Of a DNA stretch of 64,000 nt, positions 47,924 to 57,485 are shown in pieces; position 1 is the stretch's first letter, and the number at the start of each line of letters is the position of its first letter. The stretch lies in NCBI RefSeq assembly GCF_913777465.1, contig NZ_CAJYRQ010000027.1; one strand, given 5' to 3'. The position numbers were made by a program, and so were the translations under genes. The DNA comes from an uncultured Chryseobacterium sp. Lineage in GTDB: Bacteria; Bacteroidota; Bacteroidia; Flavobacteriales; Weeksellaceae. The notes beneath the pieces are model-generated. The model was not told the origin of the DNA. It did not search any database and saw only the letters and a list, made by a program, of their open reading frames with translations.

Positions 47924-48925
47924 TTAGTTTTCTAATTTGTCTAAGAACGGATAATCTTCCTGAGCATATACATACTCGTAGATTTTCTCCGGATCCGGAT
48001 ATGGGGAGTTTTCCATGAACTCGATGCACTCTTCCACAAAATCCCTTGATTTGTTATCCATTGCTTCCAGTTCCTCTTCAGTGGCCCAGCTATTCGCAAG
48101 AATTCTCTGCCTGATCAGCTCGATCGGGTCATCATTCTTGTGGATGGCCACTTCTTCCTTGGAACGGTAAGGCTCTGCATCAGACATGGAATGCCCTCTG
48201 TACCGGTACGTTCTGGCTTCAATAAAGGTTGGCCCGTCGCCTCTTCTTGCCCTTTCGATCGCTTCATAAGCAGCTTCAGCCACTTTTTCAGGATCCATGG
48301 CATCTACTGCAAGACAAGGCATTTCGTATCCTAATCCAAGTTTATAGATATCCTCGTGGTTGGCAGTTCTTTTTACAGAAGTTCCCATGGCGTACTGGTT
48401 GTTTTCCACGACGAAAATTACCGGAAGCTTCCAGTTCATCGCCATGTTAAACGTTTCATGTAATGAACCCTGTCTTGCGGCTCCATCTCCGAAAAAGCAG
48501 ATGTTTACTGCTTTTCTGTCGTAATATTTATCGGCAAAGGCAATCCCGGCTCCTAAAGGAATCTGTCCTCCTACGATACCGTGACCTCCGTAAAATCTGT
48601 GCTCCTTGCTGAAAATGTGCATAGATCCACCCATACCTCCTGACGTCCCTGTAGCTTTGCCACAAAGTTCGGCCATGATTCTTTTCGGATCTACCCCCAT
48701 CGCCATCGGATGGATGTGGCATCTGTAAGCGGTGATCATGCTGTCTTTGGTTAAATCCATTGCATGGGTAAACCCTGCAGGAATGGCTTCCTGACCGTTA
48801 TACAAGTGTAAAAAACCTCTGATTTTTTGTTTTAGATAAAGAGAACGGCATTTGTCTTCAAACCTTCTCCACATTGTCATATCTTCATACCACTTCAGGT
48901 ATACCTCTTTAGAAAATTCTTTCAT
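47924..48925 (-). CDS. pdhA: Pyruvate dehydrogenase E1 alpha subunit
   Basis: GFLHLYNGQE, GGSMH, GDGA..Q...ETFNMA, ENNQY (TPP motif) and RYRGHSMSD. Confidence 0.97.
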   Translation of the reverse strand: MKEFSKEVYLKWYEDMTMWRRFEDKCRSLYLKQKIRGFLHLYNGQEAIPAGFTHAMDLTKDSMITAYRCHIHPMAMGVDPKRIMAELCGKATGTSGGMGGSMHIFSKEHRFYGGHGIVGGQIPLGAGIAFADKYYDRKAVNICFFGDGAARQGSLHETFNMAMNWKLPVIFVVENNQYAMGTSVKRTANHEDIYKLGLGYEMPCLAVDAMDPEKVAEAAYEAIERARRGDGPTFIEARTYRYRGHSMSDAEPYRSKEEVAIHKNDDPIELIRQRILANSWATEEELEAMDNKSRDFVEECIEFMENSPYPDPEKIYEYVYAQEDYPFLDKLEN

Positions 48926-49051
48926 GTGTTAGCCTTTGCTTAATTATGATGAAATAGTTGAGCAAAATTATAAAAAAAACTTCATTTTTATTGTATACCT
49001 ACCCATTGTTTTTTTAGTTATAATATTATATTTACACCGTCAAACTTAAAT

Positions 49052-49654
49052 ATGAAAGAAAATCAGCCGCCGTTGCTACATAAAATATCAAAAATCATCT
49101 CCGATTTTTTTAATCCCTTACTCTCTTTGTTTCTCTTTTTCATCTACATGAGTTTCATAAAATACTCGCTGAAGAATTCCGTGCTGTACTTCCTTCCTAT
49201 CCTGCTGATCATCATTGTTCCAATAGTAGCCTGGCTGGTGTGGAACGTACAAACCGGACGGTATACGAATATGGATGTTTCCAACAGGATCCAACGTAAA
49301 AGCCTGTATGTATTCATTGCCACCTGCGTGGTTTTCTATATTGCTTTTAATTATTTTAAAAACGGCTACGTCGATCTGGTAATGCTTTTTATCTTAATTC
49401 TCCTGTTTGCCCTGCAGATCAGTAATTTTTATATTAAAAGTTCCATGCACACGGCCTTTAACGTGTTTGTAGCGGCTTTATTTTTTGCTTTAAATCCGAT
49501 AATGGGATGGGTCTGGCTGGCGATTGCCATCCTGGTGGGAATTACCCGGATTATTCTGAAGCGGCATACCCCAAAGGAAGTGTTCATGGGAGCCGGAATT
49601 GCTTTTATGGTATCTTTTCTTTACCTTTATTGCAATATTCAGTTTCAACATTAA
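49052..49654 (+). CDS. PAP2-superfamily membrane protein
   Basis: Six TMs, KSSMHT and RIILKRHT (PAP2 C2/C3-like) motifs. Confidence 0.75.
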   Translation: MKENQPPLLHKISKIISDFFNPLLSLFLFFIYMSFIKYSLKNSVLYFLPILLIIIVPIVAWLVWNVQTGRYTNMDVSNRIQRKSLYVFIATCVVFYIAFNYFKNGYVDLVMLFILILLFALQISNFYIKSSMHTAFNVFVAALFFALNPIMGWVWLAIAILVGITRIILKRHTPKEVFMGAGIAFMVSFLYLYCNIQFQH

Positions 49655-49663
49655 GCATTCACT

Positions 49664-50143
49664 ATGAAAATCAACCATCTTACCTCTGCGGAAGAAAATT
49701 TAATGAGGCTGTTCTGGAAGTTGGAATCCTTTTATCTGAAGGATGTTATGGAAAAGCATCCTGAGCCGAAACCGCATCAGAATACCGTATCTACCTATTT
49801 AAAAATACTCGTTGAAAAAGGATATCTGGCAACCGAGAAAGAAGGAAGGATCTTCAAATACAACGTTGTCCTGCCTATGGAAGAATACCGGAAATTCCTG
49901 CTGAATGAGCTGGTACATCATTTTTTTCATGATTCAGGGAAGGAAATAGTCAGTTTCCTGCTGCACGAACAGTTTATTTCAAAAGAAGACCTGAAGGAAT
50001 TTAATCCGGTGGTAGAAATCAAGCCTCTCAAAGTTATCGAAGAGTTTAAATATGCCGATGAAATCCTGAGTCCCAAAAAGGATAAAAAGAAAAGCAAGGA
50101 TAAAGACAAGGACAAAAAGAAGAAAAAGAAGAAGGAAAAATAG
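49664..50143 (+). CDS. BlaI/MecI/CopY-family repressor with a Lys-rich tail
   Basis: LTSAEENLM..FW, HQNTVSTYLKILVEKGY winged HTH. Ends in KKDKKKSKDKDKDKKKKKKEK. Confidence 0.88.
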   Translation: MKINHLTSAEENLMRLFWKLESFYLKDVMEKHPEPKPHQNTVSTYLKILVEKGYLATEKEGRIFKYNVVLPMEEYRKFLLNELVHHFFHDSGKEIVSFLLHEQFISKEDLKEFNPVVEIKPLKVIEEFKYADEILSPKKDKKKSKDKDKDKKKKKKKEK

Positions 50144-50294
50144 AATAATGAAGATTGGAAAAGCGAAGCCGGATACCGGAAGCTTCTTAGTCGTTATTCC
50201 CTCCTATTGTTTCAGGGTATGCTTATGGCAATGATTCTATCTTTCAATTTTTACCTTAACGGAATAAATTAATATTATCGAATTTAAATTAAGA

Positions 50295-50325
50295 ATAAAG
50301 CCTGTCTTTCACGGACAGGCTTTAT
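50295..50325. terminator. Terminator hairpin
   Basis: ataaagcctgtc...gacaggctttat between convergent genes. Confidence 0.7.
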
Positions 50326-50406
50326 CCTTTATCAATGAACTTCCGCAATCAGTAATTCCGGGAAGGCCATAAAAAAAGCGGCCCTTAAAAAGAGCCGCCG
50401 TATTTT

Positions 50407-50829
50407 TTACCAACGTTTTCCACCGCCGCCGTTTCCGCCACGATCTCCACCGCCGTAGCCACCGCTACCGCCGCCGCTTCTGTTTCCGCCGCCGTAGCCA
50501 CCGCCACCGCTTCTGTTTCCACCGCCGTAACCTCCGCCACCGGTTCTTCCACCTCCTGCATTGTTACCGAAAGTTCTTCTTGGCTTTTCTTCTCTTGGCT
50601 TAGCTTCTGAAACATTTAGGGTTTTTCCGTTGAAATCTTTCTGATTAAGAGCCTCAATAGCTTGTTGTCCTTCTGCGTCCTCCATTTCGACAAATCCGAA
50701 ACCTCTTGAACGTCCGGTTTCTTTATCTGTAATGATTTTTACAGAAGAAACCTCTCCAAATTCTGAAAATAAATCCTGCAACTCATAATCTTTAGTTGCG
50801 TAGTTGATGTTTGAAACAAAAATGTTCAT
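50407..50829 (-). CDS. RRM-domain RNA-binding protein with a Gly-rich tail
   Basis: RNP2 IFVSNI, RNP1 RGFGFVEM and repeated GGGYGGGNRS units. Confidence 0.93.
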   Translation of the reverse strand: MNIFVSNINYATKDYELQDLFSEFGEVSSVKIITDKETGRSRGFGFVEMEDAEGQQAIEALNQKDFNGKTLNVSEAKPREEKPRRTFGNNAGGGRTGGGGYGGGNRSGGGGYGGGNRSGGGSGGYGGGDRGGNGGGGKRW

Positions 50830-51317
50830 CTTGATTAATAAAATTAAATAAGTTAAAAATGATTTGGTTTATAAAGGAAAAACAACATAAAGAATGAACA
50901 AATATTGATTCCAGCTATAATACAGGTGCAAGATACGATTATTAAATTCATGGCCAAGCATTTTTTGAAATTATTTTAATAAAATTTTCAATCAAAATAT
51001 TATTTTGTTAAAAAGTATTAATTTATCATCAAATATTGATGATAAATTATTAAAAATAGTGGTATGTGTAAATTTATCAGGCAAAACAACAGTCCCGATT
51101 TACGGAATTATAGAGATTTCATATAGAAATAAAATAATATGTGATTCATAATTCCTGAAATCAGAACTATAAAGTGTTTCAAACATTAGATATTTTACAA
51201 GTCTCAGGACTTAAGACAGATTATTGAACATATAAATAATACTCTTTTATATTACGGGATCGCGATTTTTTGCTAAACAGGATTTTAGACTTAAATTTGC
51301 AGCATAAAATTTCAACA

Positions 51318-51719
51318 ATGAATTACCATACCAGAAAATGGGTAAAACCTGAAGACCTCAACCCTAACCAATCCCTGTTCGGAGGCAGGCTGTTGCAATG
51401 GATTGATGAAGAAGCGGCTTTATACGCTGTTATTCAGCTTGAGAATAAAAAAGTAGTAACCAAATTCATTTCCGAAATCAACTTTGTGAGTTCGGCGAAG
51501 CAGGGTGATATTATCGAAATCGGCATCGAAGTTTCAACCTTCGGATCAACATCCATTACCCTGAGATGCGAAGTCCGGAATAAAATGACCCATCAGACCA
51601 TTATTACCGTAGACAAAATTGTTATGGTAAACCTTGATGAAAGCGGAAATCCTGCGCCTCACGGTAAAACAAAGGTGGAATTCGTAAAAGACCGGTTAAG
51701 CAATCAGAATCCTTTATGA
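51318..51719 (+). CDS. Acyl-CoA thioesterase (hotdog fold)
   Basis: DLNPNQSLFGG.LL.WIDE, INF...AKQGD and FGSTSI motifs. Confidence 0.9.
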   Translation: MNYHTRKWVKPEDLNPNQSLFGGRLLQWIDEEAALYAVIQLENKKVVTKFISEINFVSSAKQGDIIEIGIEVSTFGSTSITLRCEVRNKMTHQTIITVDKIVMVNLDESGNPAPHGKTKVEFVKDRLSNQNPL

Positions 51720-52276
51720 AAATTTTCATCAAAAATATGGTTTGCGGCAGATGCATTTCTGCAGTGCAGACTATTTTTCAGGAAGCCGGTATTCCGTTGA
51801 AATCCATAATTTTGGGGGAAGTGGAAACCTGCTCTGAACTTTCTGAAAAACAACTGGAAACGGTGGAGCAAAAGTTGGAAGAGACCGGTTTTGAAAGGAT
51901 CAAAGATTCTGCCCGTCAGCAGACTGAAAAAATCAAAAACCTGATCATCGCTGAAATCAGCGGACTGGATATTGCGGAAGACTTTCTGCTGTCCGAGTTT
52001 TTAGCCATGGCATTCCACAGGGATTACAGCGCGCTCTCCAAATCATTTTCGCAAAATGAAAATATTACGCTCGAACAGTTTTTTATCCTTCAGAAAATCG
52101 AAAAAGTAAAGGAACTGCTCCTTTACAATGAATTCACCCTGACGGAAATTGCCGGGAAACTGGGCTACAAAAGCGTCCAGCACCTGTCTTCCCAGTTCAG
52201 GAACGTCACCGGCTTCACTCCTACCGAATTTAAAAAACTGAAAATCCACAACCGTAAACCGCTGGATCAGGTTTGA
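51716..52276 (+). CDS. AraC-family regulator with an N-terminal HMA-like domain
   Basis: IKNMVCGRC (metal-binding CxxC), then TLEQFFILQKIEKVKELL and EIAGKLGYKSVQHLSSQF..VTG.TP. Confidence 0.9.
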   Translation: MKIFIKNMVCGRCISAVQTIFQEAGIPLKSIILGEVETCSELSEKQLETVEQKLEETGFERIKDSARQQTEKIKNLIIAEISGLDIAEDFLLSEFLAMAFHRDYSALSKSFSQNENITLEQFFILQKIEKVKELLLYNEFTLTEIAGKLGYKSVQHLSSQFRNVTGFTPTEFKKLKIHNRKPLDQV

Positions 52277-52525
52277 GGGTTGATAATATAGGCTTACAGG
52301 AATGTAATCTTTTAAATCGGAAAAGAGTGTGTTAAAAGATCAGAATCTATACCCTGCAATTCTTCAACTCTTATACTAATACCCTAACGCTCTAACTTCA
52401 TAACCTTCCTACACCAATCGCCCCTAAAACTTAGAAAAGACACCAAATTTTACACATATTATCCTTAAATTTATAACAGGCTTCCGATTGGATAGCGGAA
52501 ATTTGTACCATAAATCAGAAGGATC

Positions 52526-55381
52526 ATGAAAAAGAAATATACCATTACCGGAATGAGCTGCTCCGGATGCCAGAAGAAGATTTCTGAAAAGCTGAACAGT
52601 TTAAAAGGCATAGAAGCCGACATTAATCCGGAAACCCATACCGCAACCATCACCTCCGATCAGGAGCCCGATCTCAACACTTTAAATAAAACCCTGGAAG
52701 AAGCCGGAAATTACAGGCTTGAAGACCCGGACGTTTCCCAAAAAGAATTTATAAAACCCCGGGACCGCGTTTCTCCGTCATCGGTATATTACTGTCCGAT
52801 GGAATGTGAAGGCGATAAAGTGTATTTCCAGCAGGGAAAAAGATGTCCCGTCTGTAATATGTACCTGGTTCCGATTGAGGAAAAGCAGACCAAAGACCCG
52901 AATTTCAAGCCGGCTTATTCCAAAACATACCTTCCGGAAAATTTTAAGGATCATATCGGAGACTATTACTGCCCGATGTTCTGCGAAGGAGATAAAGTGT
53001 ATGGGGAAAAAGGAGACTGCCCGGTCTGCCACATGCATCTGGAAGAAATTACGGAAGAGCTGGTGAGCAGTTCCGAAGTGCATGCGCACCAGCATTCTCA
53101 CCACCACCAACCACCTCATCAGCCCATGGCGAAAGTCACCGATGAAATGGCAGGGAAATATTATTGTCCGATGTTTTGTGAAGGAGATAAAGTATATGAC
53201 AGCAATGTCGGCTGTCCGGTCTGCGGAATGGATCTTGTAAAATACCCGGAAAAGAAAACAGCCCGGTATACCTGTCCGATGCACCCTGAAATCATCCGGG
53301 ACGAACCGGGCGACTGCCCCATCTGTGGAATGGATCTGGTCAGGATGCCGGATAAAGAGGATGATGGACACGACGAAACTTATAGCATCCTGAAAAGAAA
53401 GCTGATGATTTCACTGGCTTTTACCGTTCCGGTGTTTATCTTTTCCATGGGCGGAATGCTGATCGACTTCTCGTTTTCCCACCGGATTCAGGGATTTATC
53501 GAACTGCTCCTTTCGCTGCCCGTGATCTTTTATTCCGGATGGTTCCTGATGAAAAGAGGCTGGGTTTCCTTTAAAACCAGGAATTTAAATATGTTCAGCC
53601 TTATTGTACTGGGAGTTGCGGCGGCATTTCTTTTCAGTATTACCGCTCTGATTTTCCCGGACATGATTCCCCACGAAATCCGCGGGCATAACCATGAAAT
53701 TCCGCTTTATTTTGAGGCAGTCTGCGTTATTCTGACCCTGGTGATTCTGGGGCAGCTGATGGAAGCAGCCGCTCATAAAAAAACGGGGAATGCCATCCGT
53801 GAACTGATGAACCTCTCCCCTGACGAAGCCCATCTTATCGTAAGCGGACAGGAGAAAAAAGTACTGCTTTCGCAGGTGAAGAAAGGCGATCTTTTAAAAG
53901 TAAAACCTGGCGAAAAAATTCCGGTAGACGGAAAAATCACCGAAGGAAATTCGGTGGTCGATGAAAGCATGATTACCGGCGAACCGGTTCCCGTAGAAAA
54001 GAAAACTGGAGATCAGGTAACGTCGGGAACCATCAACGGAAACCAGACCTTCGTCATGAAAGCGGAAAAGGTAGGGGATGAAACCCTGCTGTCCCAGATC
54101 ATCAAGATGGTGAATGAAGCCAGCCGCAGCAAAGCCCCCATCCAGAAGCTGACGGATAAAGTTGCTAAAGTCTTTGTTCCGGCGGTCATCGGTATTGCTG
54201 TTCTTACCTTTATCTTATGGCAGTTCTTCGGTCCGGAAGGCCAGCGAACTTTATTTGCGTTCGTCAATGCCGTTGCCGTTTTAATTGTGGCCTGCCCGTG
54301 TGCACTGGGCCTTGCCACGCCGATGTCTCTGATGGTTGGAATCGGGAAAGGTGCGAAAAACGGGATTTTAATTAAAAATGCCGAAGCCCTTGAACACATG
54401 AATAAAGTGAATGTTCTGATTACAGATAAAACAGGAACATTAACGGAAGGAAAACCATCGGTTGAACATATTGAAGCTTTAAGTGGCAACCAGGATCAGA
54501 TTTTAAAGCTGGCTTATTCCCTCAACCGGAATTCGGAACATCCTTTGTCGAATGCCGTTATTCAGAAAGCAAAAGACAACAATATTTCTGCAGAAAAAGT
54601 ACGGGATTTTGAGAATGTTTCCGGAAAGGGCGTGAAAGGAGATATCAATGGAAAACCGGTCTATCTCGGAAATGAAAGCCTCCTGACTTCGCATCAGATC
54701 CGGATTCCGGCAAGCCTGAAACAGAAAGCGATCGAAGTGCAGTCGAAAGCCCATACGATTTCTTATGTGGCCCAGGATCAGGAAGTGCTCGGCTTTATCA
54801 GCTTTACCGATAAAATCAAGGAAAGCTCCAGGAAAGCGGTTCAGCAACTGATGGCCGAAGGAGTTGATGTCGTCATGATGACGGGCGATAACGAACATAC
54901 CGCCAAAGCGGTGGCCGATGCACTGGGAATTAAGCATTTCAAAGCCAACTGCCTGCCGGAAGATAAATTGAATGAAGTGAAAAAGCTGCAGCAGCAGGCA
55001 AAAGTTGTTGCAATGACCGGCGACGGGATCAATGACGCACCTGCCCTCGCCCAGGCCAACATCGGAATTGCCATGGGAACCGGGACGGATGCCGCCATTG
55101 AAAGCGCAGAGATCACGCTGCTGAAAGGAGATCTTTTAGGTGTAGCCAAAGCCAGACTACTGAGTGAGAAGCTGTTGAAAAACATAAAAGAGAACCTGTT
55201 CTTTGCCTTTATCTACAACATACTGGGCGTACCTGTTGCGGCAGGATTGTTGTATCCGTTTTTCGGAATTCTGTTGTCACCGATGATTGCAGCGGCAGCC
55301 ATGAGCTTCAGTTCTTTATCGGTCATCTTAAATTCCTTAAGGCTGAATTCGGTTGATTTAAATAATAAATCTGTTGAATAA
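52526..55381 (+). CDS. copA: Cu(I)-translocating P1B-type ATPase with HMA and four CPM-type metal-binding repeats
   Basis: GMSCSGC, four Y.CPM...CP.C.M.L repeats, [25 protein letters not shown] and MSFS motifs. Confidence 0.94.
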   Translation: MKKKYTITGMSCSGCQKKISEKLNSLKGIEADINPETHTATITSDQEPDLNTLNKTLEEAGNYRLEDPDVSQKEFIKPRDRVSPSSVYYCPMECEGDKVYFQQGKRCPVCNMYLVPIEEKQTKDPNFKPAYSKTYLPENFKDHIGDYYCPMFCEGDKVYGEKGDCPVCHMHLEEITEELVSSSEVHAHQHSHHHQPPHQPMAKVTDEMAGKYYCPMFCEGDKVYDSNVGCPVCGMDLVKYPEKKTARYTCPMHPEIIRDEPGDCPICGMDLVRMPDKEDDGHDETYSILKRKLMISLAFTVPVFIFSMGGMLIDFSFSHRIQGFIELLLSLPVIFYSGWFLMKRGWVSFKTRNLNMFSLIVLGVAAAFLFSITALIFPDMIPHEIRGHNHEIPLYFEAVCVILTLVILGQLMEAAAHKKTGNAIRELMNLSPDEAHLIVSGQEKKVLLSQVKKGDLLKVKPGEKIPVDGKITEGNSVVDESMITGEPVPVEKKTGDQVTSGTINGNQTFVMKAEKVGDETLLSQIIKMVNEASRSKAPIQKLTDKVAKVFVPAVIGIAVLTFILWQFFGPEGQRTLFAFVNAVAVLIVACPCALGLATPMSLMVGIGKGAKNGILIKNAEALEHMNKVNVLITDKTGTLTEGKPSVEHIEALSGNQDQILKLAYSLNRNSEHPLSNAVIQKAKDNNISAEKVRDFENVSGKGVKGDINGKPVYLGNESLLTSHQIRIPASLKQKAIEVQSKAHTISYVAQDQEVLGFISFTDKIKESSRKAVQQLMAEGVDVVMMTGDNEHTAKAVADALGIKHFKANCLPEDKLNEVKKLQQQAKVVAMTGDGINDAPALAQANIGIAMGTGTDAAIESAEITLLKGDLLGVAKARLLSEKLLKNIKENLFFAFIYNILGVPVAAGLLYPFFGILLSPMIAAAAMSFSSLSVILNSLRLNSVDLNNKSVE

Positions 55382-55629
55382 ACTGTTTAAGTTTACCAAT
55401 TACGAAGCAGTAACACATCAGTCAAATTAGATGTTAGACTTTCTTGCATGGTGGATATTTTTAGAACACAGAAAAAAAAATATTCGATTTTTTTGGTACT
55501 GTCAGATAAATGATGGGTTTGCTCTTGAATAGGGATTCAATCCGTAGAACTATTCATAATCATCTGGAAAATCCGTAAAGTCTGCGGGAGAATTTAAATT
55601 AATTTTAATCATCAAATCTAAAAAAAACT

Positions 55630-56361
55630 ATGGAAAAAGAGAATCTTTATATCGGCTGTTCGGGTTTTTATAACAATGACTGGAAAGGTTCACTCTATCC
55701 TGAGGATGCCAAAAGCAAAGACTTTCTGACGCTGTATTCCCAGGAATTCAACTGTGTGGAAATCAATTCTACCTTCTACCGGAAGCCGACAGCTAAGACT
55801 TTACAGAAATGGGCAGATGAAACGCCGGAAAATTTCAGGTTTTTTATTAAAATTCCCAAAACCATTTCCCATGAAAAACGGTTGGAGAATTGCCGGGAAG
55901 AAATTTCAGAATTCTGCGGACATATCCAAAGCCATTTGAAGGAAAAGCTTTCCGGATTTCTCTATCAGTTTCCGCCATCATTTAAAAACACCCCTGAAAA
56001 TATCGATTTGATTCTGAACAATCTGGATTTCACTCAGGTCAACGTCATTGAATTTCGTCATGAATCCTGGTGGCGGGATGAAATCTTTACACAGCTCAGG
56101 GAAAATCATGTCATTTTTTCCGGTGTCAGTTTTCCGGGAAATCTGCCGGAAGAAGTCGTTGTCAGCAATCCTGACATTCAGTACTACAGACTCCATGGAA
56201 AACCTGTTCTTTACAAGTCGGAATACAATGAAGAATTTATCAGAAACCTGGCTGAAAAAATCCGGAATTTCAAACATAAATCGTTTATCTTTTTCAATAA
56301 TACCTGGGGAACAGCAGCAATTAAAAATTCTTTAAATTTAAAAGAATTGCTTGAGAAATAA
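55630..56361 (+). CDS. DUF72 family protein
   Basis: YIGCSGF, VEINSTFY, ITH-like KTISH, YQFPPSF, IEFRH, YRLHG and FFNNT motifs. Confidence 0.9.
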   Translation: MEKENLYIGCSGFYNNDWKGSLYPEDAKSKDFLTLYSQEFNCVEINSTFYRKPTAKTLQKWADETPENFRFFIKIPKTISHEKRLENCREEISEFCGHIQSHLKEKLSGFLYQFPPSFKNTPENIDLILNNLDFTQVNVIEFRHESWWRDEIFTQLRENHVIFSGVSFPGNLPEEVVVSNPDIQYYRLHGKPVLYKSEYNEEFIRNLAEKIRNFKHKSFIFFNNTWGTAAIKNSLNLKELLEK

Positions 56362-56485
56362 CAGTCTGAAAATAAATTATTAAAATCAGCTTAAAAGTAT
56401 TTTTTAGAGCAAAACCGGCATATTTTTTGTTAAGAAATATTTGGAAAAATTAACAATTTTTAACAACAAAATTCCATTAAACTTT

Positions 56486-57352
56486 ATGACAAAAACTTTT
56501 GCAGAAAGGTCTTTAAAAACGACTTTTCTCGGGATGTTTGCATTGATGAGTGCAACTTCAATTTTATTTAACAGCTGTAATAAAAAAAATGATAAAAAAG
56601 AATCGGTAAAACCGATTCCCGAAGACCATCCCGTCGCAAACATTGTCCCCAAACCCGATGATGAAAAAGTTCATTCCGATAAGAGAGTGATTTATCTTAC
56701 TTTCGACGACGGCCCCAACCGCGGAACGGAAAATCTCCTGAGGATTTTACATAAAAGAAACGTTTGCGCTACAGCCTTTCTGGTTGGTAAGCATGTTTAC
56801 GGAAGCAAGAAGCAACAGCAGGATCTTGAATTACTGAGAAAAGACCAGCTGATAGAACTGGCAAACCACAGCTTTACGCATGCCCACAACCGATACACCG
56901 ACTTTTACAAAAATGCGGTGGCTGTAGTTCATGATTTCGATACGGCAAAAGACAGCTTGCGTTTGTATGATAAAATCGCGAGAACGCCCGGAAGAAATAT
57001 CTGGAGGCTGAACAACATTACGGTTACAGATCTTAAAAGCTCCAAAGAAGCTGCCGACCAACTGAAACAGGCTGGCTATAAACTGGTTGGCTGGGACCTG
57101 GAATGGAAACCCACCAATGCAATGGCGTTAAAAGGAAAACATGAAGAGATGCTGAAAAAAGTAGACAGCATTTTCTTCAACGATCTGGAAAAAACCTCTA
57201 GGCACCTTGTTTTCCTCACGCACGACCAGTATTTAAATGATGGGGATTCCATCAATGAACTGGATCTTTTCATTGAAAAACTTCAGAAAAGCAACCGGTT
57301 TGTATTCAGGAAAATTTCGGAATATCCGAAAATCAAGGAGGTGCTGAATTAA
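56486..57352 (+). CDS. Polysaccharide deacetylase (CE4/NodB) lipoprotein
   Basis: Lipobox FNSC, LTFDDGP, ANHSFTH, RTPG and LTHD motifs. Confidence 0.88.
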   Translation: MTKTFAERSLKTTFLGMFALMSATSILFNSCNKKNDKKESVKPIPEDHPVANIVPKPDDEKVHSDKRVIYLTFDDGPNRGTENLLRILHKRNVCATAFLVGKHVYGSKKQQQDLELLRKDQLIELANHSFTHAHNRYTDFYKNAVAVVHDFDTAKDSLRLYDKIARTPGRNIWRLNNITVTDLKSSKEAADQLKQAGYKLVGWDLEWKPTNAMALKGKHEEMLKKVDSIFFNDLEKTSRHLVFLTHDQYLNDGDSINELDLFIEKLQKSNRFVFRKISEYPKIKEVLN

Positions 57353-57380
57353 ATGTTTTAGCCTGGAATTTGAATGTGAC

Positions 57381-57426
57381 AATAAAAAACCAGCTGTCCA
57401 AATTTTTGGACAGCTGGTTTTTTATT
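57381..57426. terminator. Bidirectional terminator (22-bp perfect arms)
   Basis: aataaaaaaccagctgtccaaa-tt-tttggacagctggttttttatt between convergent genes. Confidence 0.88.
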
Positions 57427-57442
57427 TGATTGCTTTTACACA

Positions 57443-57475
57443 AAACCTCATAGGTTTTGAAAACCTATGAGGTTT
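57443..57475. repeat. Perfect 16-bp inverted repeat (REP-like)
   Basis: aaacctcataggtttt-g-aaaacctatgaggttt. Confidence 0.7.
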
Positions 57476-57485
57476 AAATTGTAGC

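Noticed and set aside
46213-48925. pdhA-pdhC without pdhB or lpd
   Set aside because: A split PDH gene arrangement is usual in Bacteroidota.
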